Source: Longimicrobiales bacterium (GTDB lineage Bacteria > Gemmatimonadota > Gemmatimonadetes > Longimicrobiales > Gaopeijiaceae). From it: DNA of 64,000 nucleotides. Made by a program: the position numbers and the translations under genes. Below the pieces are notes generated by a model. The model worked only from the letters and a program-made list of their open reading frames with translations, did not search any database and was not told where the DNA came from. Below are positions 1 to 11,000 of this stretch, one piece after another (position 1 is the first letter of the stretch; every line of letters starts with the position of its first letter). The stretch spans positions 1,184,001-1,248,000 of the forward strand of contig CBDAON010000004.1 of assembly GCA_965198065.1 (NCBI GenBank), in the 5' to 3' direction.

Positions 1-2967
1 TCACCCGTTCGCCCGCGGCCCCTTCCCGGACCATACGGGTCTCGAACGGAGTCCTCTGGGCGAAGTGGAGTTCCTCCACCTGATACCTCGGCAGCCGGAC
101 ACCTCCGGTCACGATGATGCCGACAAGGTCGGAGCGCGCGGCCGGCCGGTCCCCGGAGCTCCCGATCGCGCTCCCCAGCGACGGAACGATGTTGTCGAAC
201 GGATACCCGAGCCGCCTCCAGCCCGCGTGGATCTCCGTGAACGCTTCCACCTCGAGGAGGAACCGGATGCGCTGATCCTGAGCGCCCTGTCGGCTCGTCT
301 GGAAGAGCCACCGGTACACCTCCTGGCGAGCCTGGGCGCTCTCACCGATGATCTGCGATCGCTGCGCGTTCGGGTTCTCCATGACGTAGCGCGCCACCCA
401 GAGCTCGAGGGGATGCACGGACGCCAGATAACCCAGATCCGCGAGCGAATGCGGAGCGGGATCCGCGCGCGCGAACAGGTCGGCCACCGCCGGCTCGTCG
501 AACTCCGATTCGGGCTGGTTCGTGCGCAGCAGGTACTCGAATTCCTCGGGCGTGCCGTGCGGGGCGACGGTGCGGTAAGCCCAGGCCAGACGCTGGGGCG
601 AGAGCCCGCGCTCCCCGACCAGCGCCTCCAGGACCTCGCTTCGAGACTTCCCACGGTACTTGGGAATGAACTGGTTCAGGTACTGGATTCCTTCTAGGTC
701 CGCGAAGCGGGCGAGGTACTCCTGCCGGAGCGGTGAGTCCGTCTCCTCGAGCATGTGGGCCTTCGAGCCCGGCACGCGATACACGTAATAGCTCACCACG
801 TCGCGCATGAGCCGAACGAAGACCAGGTTCACCGACTGTCGAAACGCCTCCGCGACCGAGAGGCTCCCGGTGTCGAACGTGTTGTCGAAGTTGGTGAACG
901 TCTGGACGCCGCCCCCGGTCACGAACCGCTCCGCGGGGCTTGCCGAATACGAGCGGGCCATGGCCCGCCGGAGGAGGCCCTCGAGGTCAAGCTCCGGCTC
1001 GGCGAGGAGCTCCGCTCGAACCCAGCCGGAGAGGGGGTCGTTCCGGGAGAGCGCGTGCGCCAGGAGAGAATCGGGCGCGAGCGTCGAAAAGCGGTCGTGG
1101 AGCTCGGCTACCCGGTCAAGTAGCTGGCAAGCGTCCCTGAGCTTCGCCGTGGACCCCAGCTCCAGTCGCGCCGACTCGTTCAGGTTGAAGGGCGCATCCA
1201 GGTTGTCGGTTTGGATCCGGACCAGGTTCCCAGTCTCCGTCCGCTCGTGCAGCACGAACGAGTAGGTCACGAGGGACGGGTCGCCGCCGCCCAGAAGGCG
1301 CTCCACTTCGACGCTACGGGCGCTCGCGGCCTCGGGATCGGAAAGGCTCCGGAGGAGCTCCGTGGCCGCCCGCTGGGCCCTCGCGTCGAGGGTAGCCCTC
1401 ACCGAGAGGTCGAGGCGGTCCAGGTCGTATAGACGGGGAACGTCGAGGACGTTGAGGAGCCGCGTCCGGATCGAGTTCGCGCCCTTGCGCTCCACGAAGT
1501 TGACGACAGGGCGCGGGGGAGGAAGGGGTCGGATCTCGACCCAGGTGGAGCGCGCGGCGTGGGCGAGCGGGCCGGTGATGACTCCCTCCCCCTCGAGGAG
1601 GTCCAGGTACCGATCAGTGAGCACCTGAAGTGCCTGGCGACCCTCCGCCTGGGTCAGGTAATAGCTCGGTCTCCGCTGGGAAAGCAGGAGACTCAGGACA
1701 TCGCGATACACGGCTCCGCGCGCGGGGTCGCCGTCTCCCTCCCCCGAAAGCCCCCAGATCTGCTCCGGCGGCGCGGCGCCCTCGGGAAGCACGCGCTCCG
1801 AAGGGGGAAGGAGGTCGGTGGGTCCGCTCGGGACGCCCGCCAGGACCCGATTCGCCTCGCCGAAATCGCGCCCGTACCACGCGTGGAGACCGTCCCCGAT
1901 CCCCGTGACTTCCCCCTCTCCGCGCTGCGCCGCGAGCGGAACCGAGTTCAGGAAGTCGAGGACGATCTCCCGGCGTGGCGCCATGGTCTCCGGCCCCTGC
2001 GAGTACGCGCGGACGCTGCCGAGGCCATCTGGACGAGCTTGTCCCGGGGGGACGTGGTGAGGCCCTGCGAAGCGTGCCGGAACTTCTCTACTTGGGTCGC
2101 GAGAGTGCTTGCCCCCGACACGTTCCCTTCCCTGCCGAGCTCGCGGAGCGCCAGGTCCGCGGTGCTGCGAATCAGCCGCGGCCACTCCACGGCTGGGTTC
2201 TGGAGGGGCTGGTCCGGATCCAGCATCGCGCGGTTCTCGATGAAGAGGAGCGTCTGCCACACGACAGGCGGGATGGACTCGAACGTGGGGTAGATGCGCT
2301 CGGGATAGGCCGCCCCCAAGAGGGTCTCTCCGCTCTTGCCGAGAATCGTGAGCCCGGCCTGGGTCTTCTCGTGGTAGATGGGAAAGAGGCCCCAGCGGTC
2401 CACCAAGTCCCGGAATCGAGACGAGACGCGCGCCTGCTCGACCACCCGGAAGCCGCCGGTCGCCGCGGCCCTCGTCATCTCCGGGATGCGGGTGTAGCCG
2501 AGCCGACGGTCGTAGGGCCCGTCGCCAGGGAAGACCGCGGAGGTGGATTCCCCCGGCTCGACCGTCCAGGTGAAGTCGGACGCGATGGGGACGAGCCACC
2601 GCGCCTGGAGCGCGGAAGTCTGCATCTCCCAGATCGCGCCGGCGAGGGCGAGCCCACCCACGATGAGGACGCCCACGGCGACGCCCGCTGCCACGACGAC
2701 GAGCCGACGACGGATAGAGGCACGCGCCCTTCGGCTCACGTCGTCCACGGCGGGATCGGACGACCCCGCGTCGCCGGCGTCCCTGGCCGGGGAGAGAGCG
2801 TCGGGCGCCGGCAGCGCGATGTCGGGGGCCCGAGGCGCGGCGTGGGGAGACCGAGGCTCGGCGTCGGCAGCCAGCAACTCGGCGTCGGAAGCTCGGTCCG
2901 GAGCGAAGGGAGCGCTCAGTTCGCCTGGGCCCTTCCCACGGAAGAGCTTCGGAATTCTGCGAGGCAC
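1..2967 (-). CDS. Large transglycosylase (GT51)/PBP1A-like protein; frameshift near 2018; runs off the left edge
   Basis: N-terminal TM helix, LLFIENR and GASTLATQVEKFRH transglycosylase motifs. After a one-base shift near 2018 the reading continues SVRAYSQGPET...FLNSVPLAA and EAFRQSVNLVFVRLMRD toward position 1. Start GTG at 2967 is approximate. Confidence 0.8.
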
Positions 2968-3076
2968 GTCCGTCCCACCAGTCGAGGGTACCGTGATCGG
3001 AACTTCACGGAGCCTCGGGGCCGGGTCAACGCCGCGAACGGCGGTATGGCACCCCTCTCGACCCTGGGGAGGTCCG

Positions 3077-4496
3077 CTACCTCTCCGGGCTATCCTCTCC
3101 CGCGCGGGCACCCCGCGGCAGGTCCAGGAGCGCCCTTACGCCCCTCGCGAGATCGGCCCCGGTCATCGGCTTCTCCAGGAACGCGACCGTCGAGCCCGGG
3201 GCGCCTCGCCACGAGACGTCCGCCTGGACTTCCCCGGACATGTAAGAGGATCCGCTGCGGACCAAGCTCGTCCTCGACGCGCTCCGCGAGCGTGAAGCCG
3301 CCAATCCCCGACATGATCAGATCCGTCACGAGGAGGTCGAACGCCTTCCCATCTCTCGTCAGCACGAGGGCCGCGGCGCCGTCCTCAGCCTCAGCCACCG
3401 CGTAGCCGAGGCGGCCCAGGATCCGCACGATCGCTTCGCGCGCGGACTCGTTGTCGTCCACCACCAGGATGCGCTCGGAGCCGCCCGGGAGGTCTCGCCC
3501 AGTCTCGGCGCCTTCCGCGGTCACGACAGGCGTGCCGTCGCCCGGTGCCCCGGTCCGGATACCATGCGCCGCCCCGGCGGGCGTCGCTCCGGCCCTCTCT
3601 GACGGGGACTCCGCGGCAGCCGCCACCCGGATCTCGGAGAGAACGCAGCGGTTCCGGCCCCCTTCCTTTGCCGCGTGCAGCGCCTGATCCGCGGCGGCCA
3701 CCAGAAGCTCCGGCGATCCCATCCCCGGCTCGAACTCCGCGATCCCCGCCGAAACGGTGACCGTGCCCCAGGGGAACACCTCCTCGCGGAGCGCGCTCTG
3801 CACTCGCTCCGCGAAGCTCGTCGCGCCGGCCCCCGGGCACCGGGAGAGTACGGAGAGGAACTTCTCCCCACCCCAGCGGGCGGAAAGGTCCATGCGGCGC
3901 GTGATGTCCCTCAGGACGGCCCCTACCCTCTTCAGGACCGCATCCCCGGAGCGACGTCCGAACCGGGCGTTGACGTGCTTGAAGTGATCGAGGTCGAAGA
4001 AGACGACGCTCATGGGTTGGCCGCGCGTGGCCGCGGAGAACGCCGCGTCCATGAAGACCATCGCATGCCTTCGGTTCGGCAGCCCGGTGAGCGCGTCGGT
4101 GAGCGCCATCTCCTCGGTCGCCTGCCGCTCCCGCCGAAGCAGTTCCGCCAGCATGCCCGCGCCCACGCACACCGCGATGTACGTGGCCGTGATCCAGAGC
4201 AGGAACACGTAATTGCGGACTTCCGTCCCCGTCAGTGTGAGCGCCAGGTGCGCGAGGACCAGCGCGGCCATCCCTCCCGCCAGGCTGAGCGTGGCCCCCT
4301 TCCATCCCCGGTGGTAGGCGAGGAGGAACGGAGGCACGAGCGCCGTGAGCCAGAGGAGGAGCTCCTGCTCCTCGCTCAGCCACTCGGGCGCGAGCGTCAC
4401 CCCCACCATCGGAATGGCGAGCGCGAGGACCGAGATCCCGAGGGCCCGGAGAGGCACCGGAGCGACCTGGGAAAGCAACGGGATTTCGTCTTTCAA
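3077..4496 (-). CDS. Membrane GGDEF-domain protein (degenerate active site) with C-terminal receiver domain; frameshift near 3245
   Basis: Several TM segments, TDALTGLPNRR, DLDHFK, GGEKF. REC domain ILVVDD...DLLVTDLIM continues as YMSG...FLEKP in ORF 3077..3304. TTG start follows a purine-rich RBS. Confidence 0.8.
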
Positions 4497-4722
4497 TCCG
4501 CCCCTCCCTCCTGCGCGTGAGGCCTCGACCGCCCTGGAACATGAGTGTACCGGCGGTGGCGGGGGCCGGGTAGTCGTGGACAGCCGGAAGACGGACCCCG
4601 GGACGATGCCGCGCGGGAACGCCCCCCGCGCTCCCTGGTACCAACGGTCGGCCTTTCGGTTGCACGCTTCCGGTCGCACTCGAGGGACGGTCGGTCCGAC
4701 GAAGTCCCGGACGAGGGAATCG

Positions 4723-6111
4723 ATGGCATCGCAGCGACTCTCCCCGCTCGCCTGGACCCCGCTCCTCCTCGCGCTCCCCTTCATCGGCCTCCCTTCGGTG
4801 GGCACGGCCCAGGCGCCCATGCCGCCGGAGGGCGACATCCCATTCGAGGAGCACTACCTGGCGAACGGGCTTCACGTGATACTCGCGCGGGGCCCGGCCG
4901 CTACGGCCGTCGCGGTGGACGTGTGGTACGACGTCGGGAGCCGTAACGAACGGCAGGGCCGATCTGGATTCGGGCACCTGTTCGAACACCTCATGTTCCA
5001 GGGTTCTGCCAACGTCCGGGCCGGAGAGCACATGCAGCTCGTGGAGCGGGCGGGCGGCACCCTGAACGCGAACATCACGGAGGACCGCACGATCTTCTAC
5101 GAGACGGTGCCCCCCGAGCGGATGAACCTCGCGCTGTGGCTGGAAGCGGATCGGATGCGCTCGCTCGACATCACGGAAGAGAACCTGCGGCGCGAGGTGG
5201 AGGTGGTGAAGGAGGAGCGCCGGCTCAACTTCGACAACGCGCCCTACGGCGGCACCCAACTCCAGGCTCTCTATGACGCGCCGTACGACTCCGCCTCGTG
5301 CTTCGCTTACGCCCACTCTGTCATTGGATCGTTTGCGGACCTGGACGCCGCCGAGCTCTCCGACGTCCAGGCTTTTTTCGACCGCTACTACTCACCCAAC
5401 AACGCGACGCTCACGGTCGTGGGCGCGTTCGACCCCGAAGTCGCGCTCGAGCTCGTCCAGAGCTACTTCGGCGATATCCCGCGGGGGCCGGACGCCGCGC
5501 CGGTTGAATGCTCTCGGCCCTTCGGGCACCTCCCCGTTGTGATGGACGTCCCGGACGCGAACGCGGTTCTGCCTGCCGCCTACCTCTCATACGGGACCGT
5601 CCCGACCGACCATGAAGACGCTCCGGCACTCGACGTCTTGAGCCGGATCCTCACGGACGGGATGAGCTCTCGCCTCTACCGCCGACTGGTGCGCGAGGAG
5701 CGGGCCGCAATCCGGACCGGTGGATACTCGAACACGCGGAGGGGTCCGGGGCTCTTCGTCCTCACGGCTGTCGCAAGACAGGGGGTGACCGCGGATCGAT
5801 TGGTCGACCTCCTCCACGGGGAAGTGGAGCGGGTGATCCGCGAGGGCGTGACCGAGGAAGAGGTCATCAGAGCCCGAAGCCAGGTGCAGGCCGATGTGAT
5901 GCAGAGCCGCCAAACCGTGTGGGGTCGAGCGGAAGCCCTCCAGGTCGCCAATCACTTCCATGGAACCCCGGCGGACGTCCGGCGCACCGTTCAACGCATC
6001 CTCGACGTGACGGCCGAGGAGGTCCGGGAGGTCGCGGAGCGCTACCTGACGCCGGACAACCGGGCGGTCGTTCGGACCGTGCCGGGCGCCGCCCGGGGGC
6101 CAGTGCCATGA
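4723..6111 (+). CDS. M16 (pitrilysin-family) zinc peptidase, catalytic subunit, secreted
   Basis: Signal peptide, GFGHLFEHLMF (HXXEH), LWLEADRM, YYSPNNATL; ATG 4723 after GAGGGA. Confidence 0.9.
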   Translation: MASQRLSPLAWTPLLLALPFIGLPSVGTAQAPMPPEGDIPFEEHYLANGLHVILARGPAATAVAVDVWYDVGSRNERQGRSGFGHLFEHLMFQGSANVRAGEHMQLVERAGGTLNANITEDRTIFYETVPPERMNLALWLEADRMRSLDITEENLRREVEVVKEERRLNFDNAPYGGTQLQALYDAPYDSASCFAYAHSVIGSFADLDAAELSDVQAFFDRYYSPNNATLTVVGAFDPEVALELVQSYFGDIPRGPDAAPVECSRPFGHLPVVMDVPDANAVLPAAYLSYGTVPTDHEDAPALDVLSRILTDGMSSRLYRRLVREERAAIRTGGYSNTRRGPGLFVLTAVARQGVTADRLVDLLHGEVERVIREGVTEEEVIRARSQVQADVMQSRQTVWGRAEALQVANHFHGTPADVRRTVQRILDVTAEEVREVAERYLTPDNRAVVRTVPGAARGPVP

Positions 6112-8234
6112 GCCTGGGCCGCGGCGGTCAGGCCCCGGGGGCTCGGCGGGCCCGAAGCCGACTCCCGCGCGGAGCGGGCCTCGTTCTCTGTTCCGTAGGG
6201 CTCCTCGCGGGTGGGGGCCTCCGGGCGCAGTCCGACCCTCCCGCTCCCCTCCCCGCCCGTCCCCTCGGGTTTCCGGCGTTCGAGGACTTCACCCTCGAGA
6301 ACGGGCTCCGCGTCGTGCTCGTCCCGCACGGAACCGAGCCGCTGGTGAGCGTCCGTCTGTACGCGAGAGGAGGGCGGGCGCTCGATCCGCCGGAGCTTTC
6401 CGGGCTCGCTTCGCTCACGGCAACGCTACTCACCCGGGGAACGGAGGCGCGCTCCGCTGCCGAGATCTCCTTCGAGATCGAAGGGGTCGGGGCGTCGCTC
6501 TCGGCGAACGCGGGACGAGACTTCCTCTCCATCTCGACGCTCGCCCTGACCGAGCACGCGGAGGTCGCTGTCGGGGTCCTGGCCGACGTCGTCCAAAACG
6601 CCACCTTCCCCATCGACGAGGTCGATCTCGCCAGGGGACAGATGCTTTCCGGCCTCCAGGCGGAGCTCGGCGATCCTCAGGCCATCGCGTCCCGCCGCTT
6701 CGCGGCCCTCGTCTATGGTGCCGAGCACCCCTACGGCACGGCGCCCACGCCCGAGACGGTCGAACGGATCCGCCGGGGCGACCTGCTTTCGTATCAGAAC
6801 CGAGTGCTCAGCCCGGGGAACGCGCTCCTCTTGGTGGCCGGCCGGATCGACGGGGTCGAGGCCCTGGCCCGGCGGCATTTCGGGAGCTGGGGCAGGCGTG
6901 AGGCAGCGGAGTTCACTATCCCCGACGTCCCCGAACCCGCGGAGCGGCGCATCTACCTCGTGCATCGTCCAGGAGCGTCGCAGTCCGTCGTGAGCGTGGG
7001 GCACCTGGGGATCATGCCCGAGACCCCCGACTACTTCCCGCTCGTGGTCGTGAACAAGATCCTGGGCGTAGGCGCGGATTCCCGGCTTTTCCGCGTCCTG
7101 AGGGAGGAGCGGGGATGGACGTACGCTGCGTCCTCCCAGTTCACGCGGGGGATCGGGCGAGGGTCCGTTATCGCGCAGGCGAGCGTCCGCACGGAGGTGA
7201 CCGACTCGACAGTCGTCGAGATGCTGAATCAGATGGAGCGCCTGGGCGACGAGCCGGTCCCGGCCGACGAGCTGGATGGGGCCGTGAGCTTCCTCGCGGG
7301 GAGCTTCCCCCTCCGTCTCGAGACGGCCGACCAGGTGGCGGACCAGCTCGCCGGGGCGCTCCTGCTCGGCCTCCCGGTCGAGGACGTGACGAGGTTCCCC
7401 GAGCGGATCCGTTCCGTCACGAGCGGCGAGGTCGAGCGGGTCGCCCGGGAGCGGCTGCACCCGGATCGGGCCGTCATCGTGGTGGTGGGCGACGCCGTGC
7501 CGCTCCTCGAGCGCCTCGAGGCCATCGCCCCCGTGGAACTCCTGGATGTGGACGGGTCTCGTCTCTCGCAGGCGGCTCTCACCGGGATCGCGACCACACC
7601 CGTCTGGGACGGGGAGAGGCTCGAGCCCGGGGAGCGCAGCTATGCCGTGCTCGTGGAGGGCACGGCCCTCGGGACGGCGGAGTACCGGCTCGAGCGAGAC
7701 GGCGCGGACTGGGTCTCGATCGCCACCATCTCGGCCCCGGGAACCACGCAGCGGACACGCCTCCGCTTTGGCGCGCGGGGCCTGGCTCCCCTGGAGCTCG
7801 TGCAGGAGATCTCTCAAGGTGCGGTTCGTATCGCCGCCGACCTCCGAGTCACGGACGGGCGGCTTGTCGGTGCCGTGGAGCTCCCGGCCACATTGGGCGG
7901 CCCCCGCAGGTACGACCAGGAGCTGACGCCGGGAACGCTGCTGGCGGGCCTGGACGAATACGCCCTCGCGGTCGCGCCACTCGAGGAGGGAGCGCGATTT
8001 CCGCTCCCCTACCTGGACCTCACCCGGGGAGAGGTCACAGTTCTGGATGCGCGGGTGACCGGCGTCGAGACCCTGACGGTCCCGGCAGGGACGTTCGCTA
8101 CCTGGCGGGTCGAGGTGGCGGGGGGCGGTGCTCCGGCCGTGCTCTTCCTCCGGCTGGAGTCGCCTCACATCCTCGTGCGTCAGGAGCTGGCTGGAGCCTC
8201 AGTCCGCTACGATCTCGTGGAGCTCGATCCGTAG
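6108..8234 (+). CDS. M16 peptidase non-catalytic subunit with extra C-terminal DUF3108-like domain
   Basis: ATGA overlap with the upstream gene; TLENGLRV; no HXXEH; SRLFRVLREERGWTY; C-terminal ETLTVPAGTFATWRV motif. Confidence 0.85.
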   Translation: MSLGRGGQAPGARRARSRLPRGAGLVLCSVGLLAGGGLRAQSDPPAPLPARPLGFPAFEDFTLENGLRVVLVPHGTEPLVSVRLYARGGRALDPPELSGLASLTATLLTRGTEARSAAEISFEIEGVGASLSANAGRDFLSISTLALTEHAEVAVGVLADVVQNATFPIDEVDLARGQMLSGLQAELGDPQAIASRRFAALVYGAEHPYGTAPTPETVERIRRGDLLSYQNRVLSPGNALLLVAGRIDGVEALARRHFGSWGRREAAEFTIPDVPEPAERRIYLVHRPGASQSVVSVGHLGIMPETPDYFPLVVVNKILGVGADSRLFRVLREERGWTYAASSQFTRGIGRGSVIAQASVRTEVTDSTVVEMLNQMERLGDEPVPADELDGAVSFLAGSFPLRLETADQVADQLAGALLLGLPVEDVTRFPERIRSVTSGEVERVARERLHPDRAVIVVVGDAVPLLERLEAIAPVELLDVDGSRLSQAALTGIATTPVWDGERLEPGERSYAVLVEGTALGTAEYRLERDGADWVSIATISAPGTTQRTRLRFGARGLAPLELVQEISQGAVRIAADLRVTDGRLVGAVELPATLGGPRRYDQELTPGTLLAGLDEYALAVAPLEEGARFPLPYLDLTRGEVTVLDARVTGVETLTVPAGTFATWRVEVAGGGAPAVLFLRLESPHILVRQELAGASVRYDLVELDP

Positions 8235-8253
8235 GAACTCGCCGTCCCTCCGA

Positions 8254-9660
8254 TCAGAGATCGCCGAAGGTCGAGAAGAGCTCCTGCCCCAGCCCCATGG
8301 ACCCGGGCGCGCTCCCACCCCGCGAGCGATCGAGAGCCGAGAGGAGGTCGTCCAGCCGCGCGTTCAGGTCGCCTCGAAGCTCCGGATCGGTCGCGTCCAC
8401 TTCCAGCACGGGATCGCTCGGGAGCGAGGAGCCGAGGGCCGGAGTGTAGGTGAGCCCGCTCCCGTTCTCGACCAGGAAGTCGTGGAACTCCACGGCCTGC
8501 GCGGCCGCGAAAACGAGCTGGTCATAGTGGTCCTGTCTGGACACCGTCCGGGCGTCGAAGAGCGCAGTGACATAGGTCTCGAGGGCCCCGGCGGTACCGG
8601 CGTCGGCCAGAGCCGGCGAGGCCTGGAGAACGGGCCGATCCCGCGCCCGGAGGTCTCCAATGAAGGCCTGATAGCCGACCCAGAACTCGCGGATCTGGGG
8701 GAATTCGTCCGCGTTCGCCAGGTAGTATCCCCCCAGCCAGTCGGGTGACGGGCCTTCCGGAAGCCCCCGCGCGAGGCGTAGAGAGTCCACCGAGGCCTGG
8801 ATTCCCACGGCGAAGCGCGCCAGCGCGTCTTCCACGCCCGCCTCGAGCCTCGGGGGCACCGGCCCCGGGCCGGGCGGGGCGGCGGTCGCCTCGCCCGCAG
8901 GTCCGAGTTCGGCCGGGCTCTGGCCATCCCCATCGGCCCCACCCCCGTTCGCGAGAACGACTCCCGCGACCACGGCCACGGCTCCGGCCGCAAGGCCGGC
9001 GAGGAGGATGCCCGCCCCACGCCGACCGCCCCGTGCCGTCGGGGAGGCCGACTCCATCTCGGGCATTACGTCTTCGTCGCCCCGCCCCTCCCCCAAGTCG
9101 GCGGGGGGTTCCCTCCAGCTTTGGGCCGGCGCGTCGTCGACCGGCAGGAGCCCCCCGGAGCCGCTCGGCGTCATCCACTCGTCGGCGACCGCGGGGCTCG
9201 GCTTCTCCGCCGCGGGGGCCTCCGTCCTCTCCTCCGTCAGCGCCGTCTCCTCCGCCAGCGCCGTCTCCTCTGCCAGCGCCGTCGCCTCGTCGAAGATGCC
9301 GGTGACTCCCTCCTCGGGTTCCACTTCCTCCGCCGGATCCGTCAGGTCCTCTGGCATGTCGGCGAGGGTGAAACCGAAATCGAGCGATCCCGAGGGCGCG
9401 GGAGCCTCCAGCCCGGCGCCCTCCGGCCAGCCCGGTGGGAGCTCGCCTCCCTCCTCGACCAGCTGCTCGACGATGAAGCGAACGACCTGGGCGTCCCCGG
9501 CACGCGTCCATGCACCGGTTCCCGCGTCGAACAAGGGGGTTTCGGGAGGGACGTCACCCCGGGAGACCCTCCGGGCGAGCGCCTCCACGGACGAGATCGG
9601 GAGCTCCGACCCGTCGTCCAGACGAATGCGGAAACGGGGCGGCGTGGCCTTTCTGCTCAC
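8254..9660 (-). CDS. Hypothetical bitopic membrane protein (GYF_2-like N-terminus, acidic linker, TM helix, C-terminal domain)
   Basis: 468-aa ORF; SVEALARRVSRGDVPPETPLFDAGTGAW resembles GYF_2/DUF4339; one hydrophobic helix. Confidence 0.7.
   Translation of the reverse strand: MSRKATPPRFRIRLDDGSELPISSVEALARRVSRGDVPPETPLFDAGTGAWTRAGDAQVVRFIVEQLVEEGGELPPGWPEGAGLEAPAPSGSLDFGFTLADMPEDLTDPAEEVEPEEGVTGIFDEATALAEETALAEETALTEERTEAPAAEKPSPAVADEWMTPSGSGGLLPVDDAPAQSWREPPADLGEGRGDEDVMPEMESASPTARGGRRGAGILLAGLAAGAVAVVAGVVLANGGGADGDGQSPAELGPAGEATAAPPGPGPVPPRLEAGVEDALARFAVGIQASVDSLRLARGLPEGPSPDWLGGYYLANADEFPQIREFWVGYQAFIGDLRARDRPVLQASPALADAGTAGALETYVTALFDARTVSRQDHYDQLVFAAAQAVEFHDFLVENGSGLTYTPALGSSLPSDPVLEVDATDPELRGDLNARLDDLLSALDRSRGGSAPGSMGLGQELFSTFGDL
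9238..9283. repeat. Intragenic 18-bp tandem repeat (about 2.5 copies, ALAEET)
   Basis: cagcgccgtctcctccgc / cagcgccgtctcctctgc / cagcgccgtc. Confidence 0.85.
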
Positions 9661-9886
9661 TCGCCCCCTCCGATCGGGTGGACACCCACCGCGAAGAAGC
9701 CCTGATCCCGGCGACCCCCACGCGCCTCGGCTCGCTGGGACGCGGGTCGGCTCGGAGGAGGTCGGGAAACGTGAAACATGGCTTCCTCCCTAGATGTTTC
9801 CTGCGAAGCTACCATAGGGGAGGAAGCCCGTTCATGACAAGGCGCCGAATGGTGCGTGGGGGGACCCCAGACCCCTGCGGGAATGC

Positions 9887-10861
9887 TCACTGCGGACTGC
9901 CTCTCGACGCCTTCTCGATGCGGAGCCGCAAGCGAAAGCCGCGAATCTGTCTCCCCAGGAAGGACAGGCCCGAGACCAGCCCCCCAAAGGGCCCCCCCGA
10001 GCACCGGAAGGCCTCGCGGAGGTGGGAGAGGGCGACGCTGGCGCCCTCTCCCGCACCCAGGGACCGGAACGCCCACTTCCAGAAAAGGACGGCGAGGGCG
10101 TTCCGAACGTGCCGCTCGTAGGCCCCGTCCTCGTTCGCCCGAGCCGTTTCCAGAAGCCTCTGGTAGATTAGCGCGTTTTCGCGATAGGACACGCGGAACG
10201 CGTCCGTGAGGTTCCTTCCGTGGACCCGCCAGGTCGCGAGCGCCCGGTCGCTTCGCTCGATCCGGACCACGCGGCTGTCCCGAAGCCAGAAGTCGTAGTC
10301 GCACGCGATCCGAAGCTCGGGATCGAAGCCGCCCAGGGACTCGAGCACCTCTCGCCTGGCCACAACTGTGGAGTGCGGGATGAAATTCCCGTCGATCAGA
10401 GCCTCGTGCGGATCGCCTCCACCGGGGGGCCATCGCTCGAAGAAGCGACCGAGCACGGCGCCGTTCGCGTCCACGACGGAAGCTTCCGAGAACACGAGGC
10501 CAGCGCCGGTCCGATCGAGGAGGCCCACCTGCATCTCCAGCTTCTCGGGCTGCCACGTGTCATCCGCGTCCAGGAACGCCACGAGCCCGCCCCGGGCCAG
10601 CGCCACGCTCCGGTTTCGCGCCTCGCCCACCGGAATGGACCGTTCTGACGAGACGATTCGCCAGCGAGGCGGATCCTCCGGCCCGGCCCTGGCTCGGGCG
10701 ACGGCCAACTCGGCGCTCCCGTCCGTGGACCCGTTGTCGAAGAACAAGACCTCCCAGCTCCCGTACGTCTGCCGCTCGACCGACGAGAGGGCTTCCTCCA
10801 GGAAGGGCCGGCCGGCCCGGCACACGAGCACGATCGACACCAAAGGCGTGCGAGGCGGCAT
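9887..10861 (-). CDS. Glycosyltransferase family 2
   Basis: PLVSIV...DNGSTDGS...ARNRSVALARG..VAFLDADD, DYDFWLR; ATG at 10861. Confidence 0.88.
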   Translation of the reverse strand: MPPRTPLVSIVLVCRAGRPFLEEALSSVERQTYGSWEVLFFDNGSTDGSAELAVARARAGPEDPPRWRIVSSERSIPVGEARNRSVALARGGLVAFLDADDTWQPEKLEMQVGLLDRTGAGLVFSEASVVDANGAVLGRFFERWPPGGGDPHEALIDGNFIPHSTVVARREVLESLGGFDPELRIACDYDFWLRDSRVVRIERSDRALATWRVHGRNLTDAFRVSYRENALIYQRLLETARANEDGAYERHVRNALAVLFWKWAFRSLGAGEGASVALSHLREAFRCSGGPFGGLVSGLSFLGRQIRGFRLRLRIEKASRGSPQ

Positions 10862-11000
10862 CTCGATCTCGGCTCGTCCCCGGGAAACGGTTCGTTTCGG
10901 ACCCGCGGCGTTGAGAGAGAATCTCGTTTGGGGTACGTTCCTGCCAGCGGTGGACGCCGGCGGTCGCCGGCGCCGAAGGCCCAGCCGGGCACCCGAGCCA

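Noticed and set aside
65..3405. Plus-strand ORFs such as 65..697 and 1975..3405
   Set aside because: Antisense shadows of the minus-strand transglycosylase and GGDEF genes, typical of high-GC DNA.
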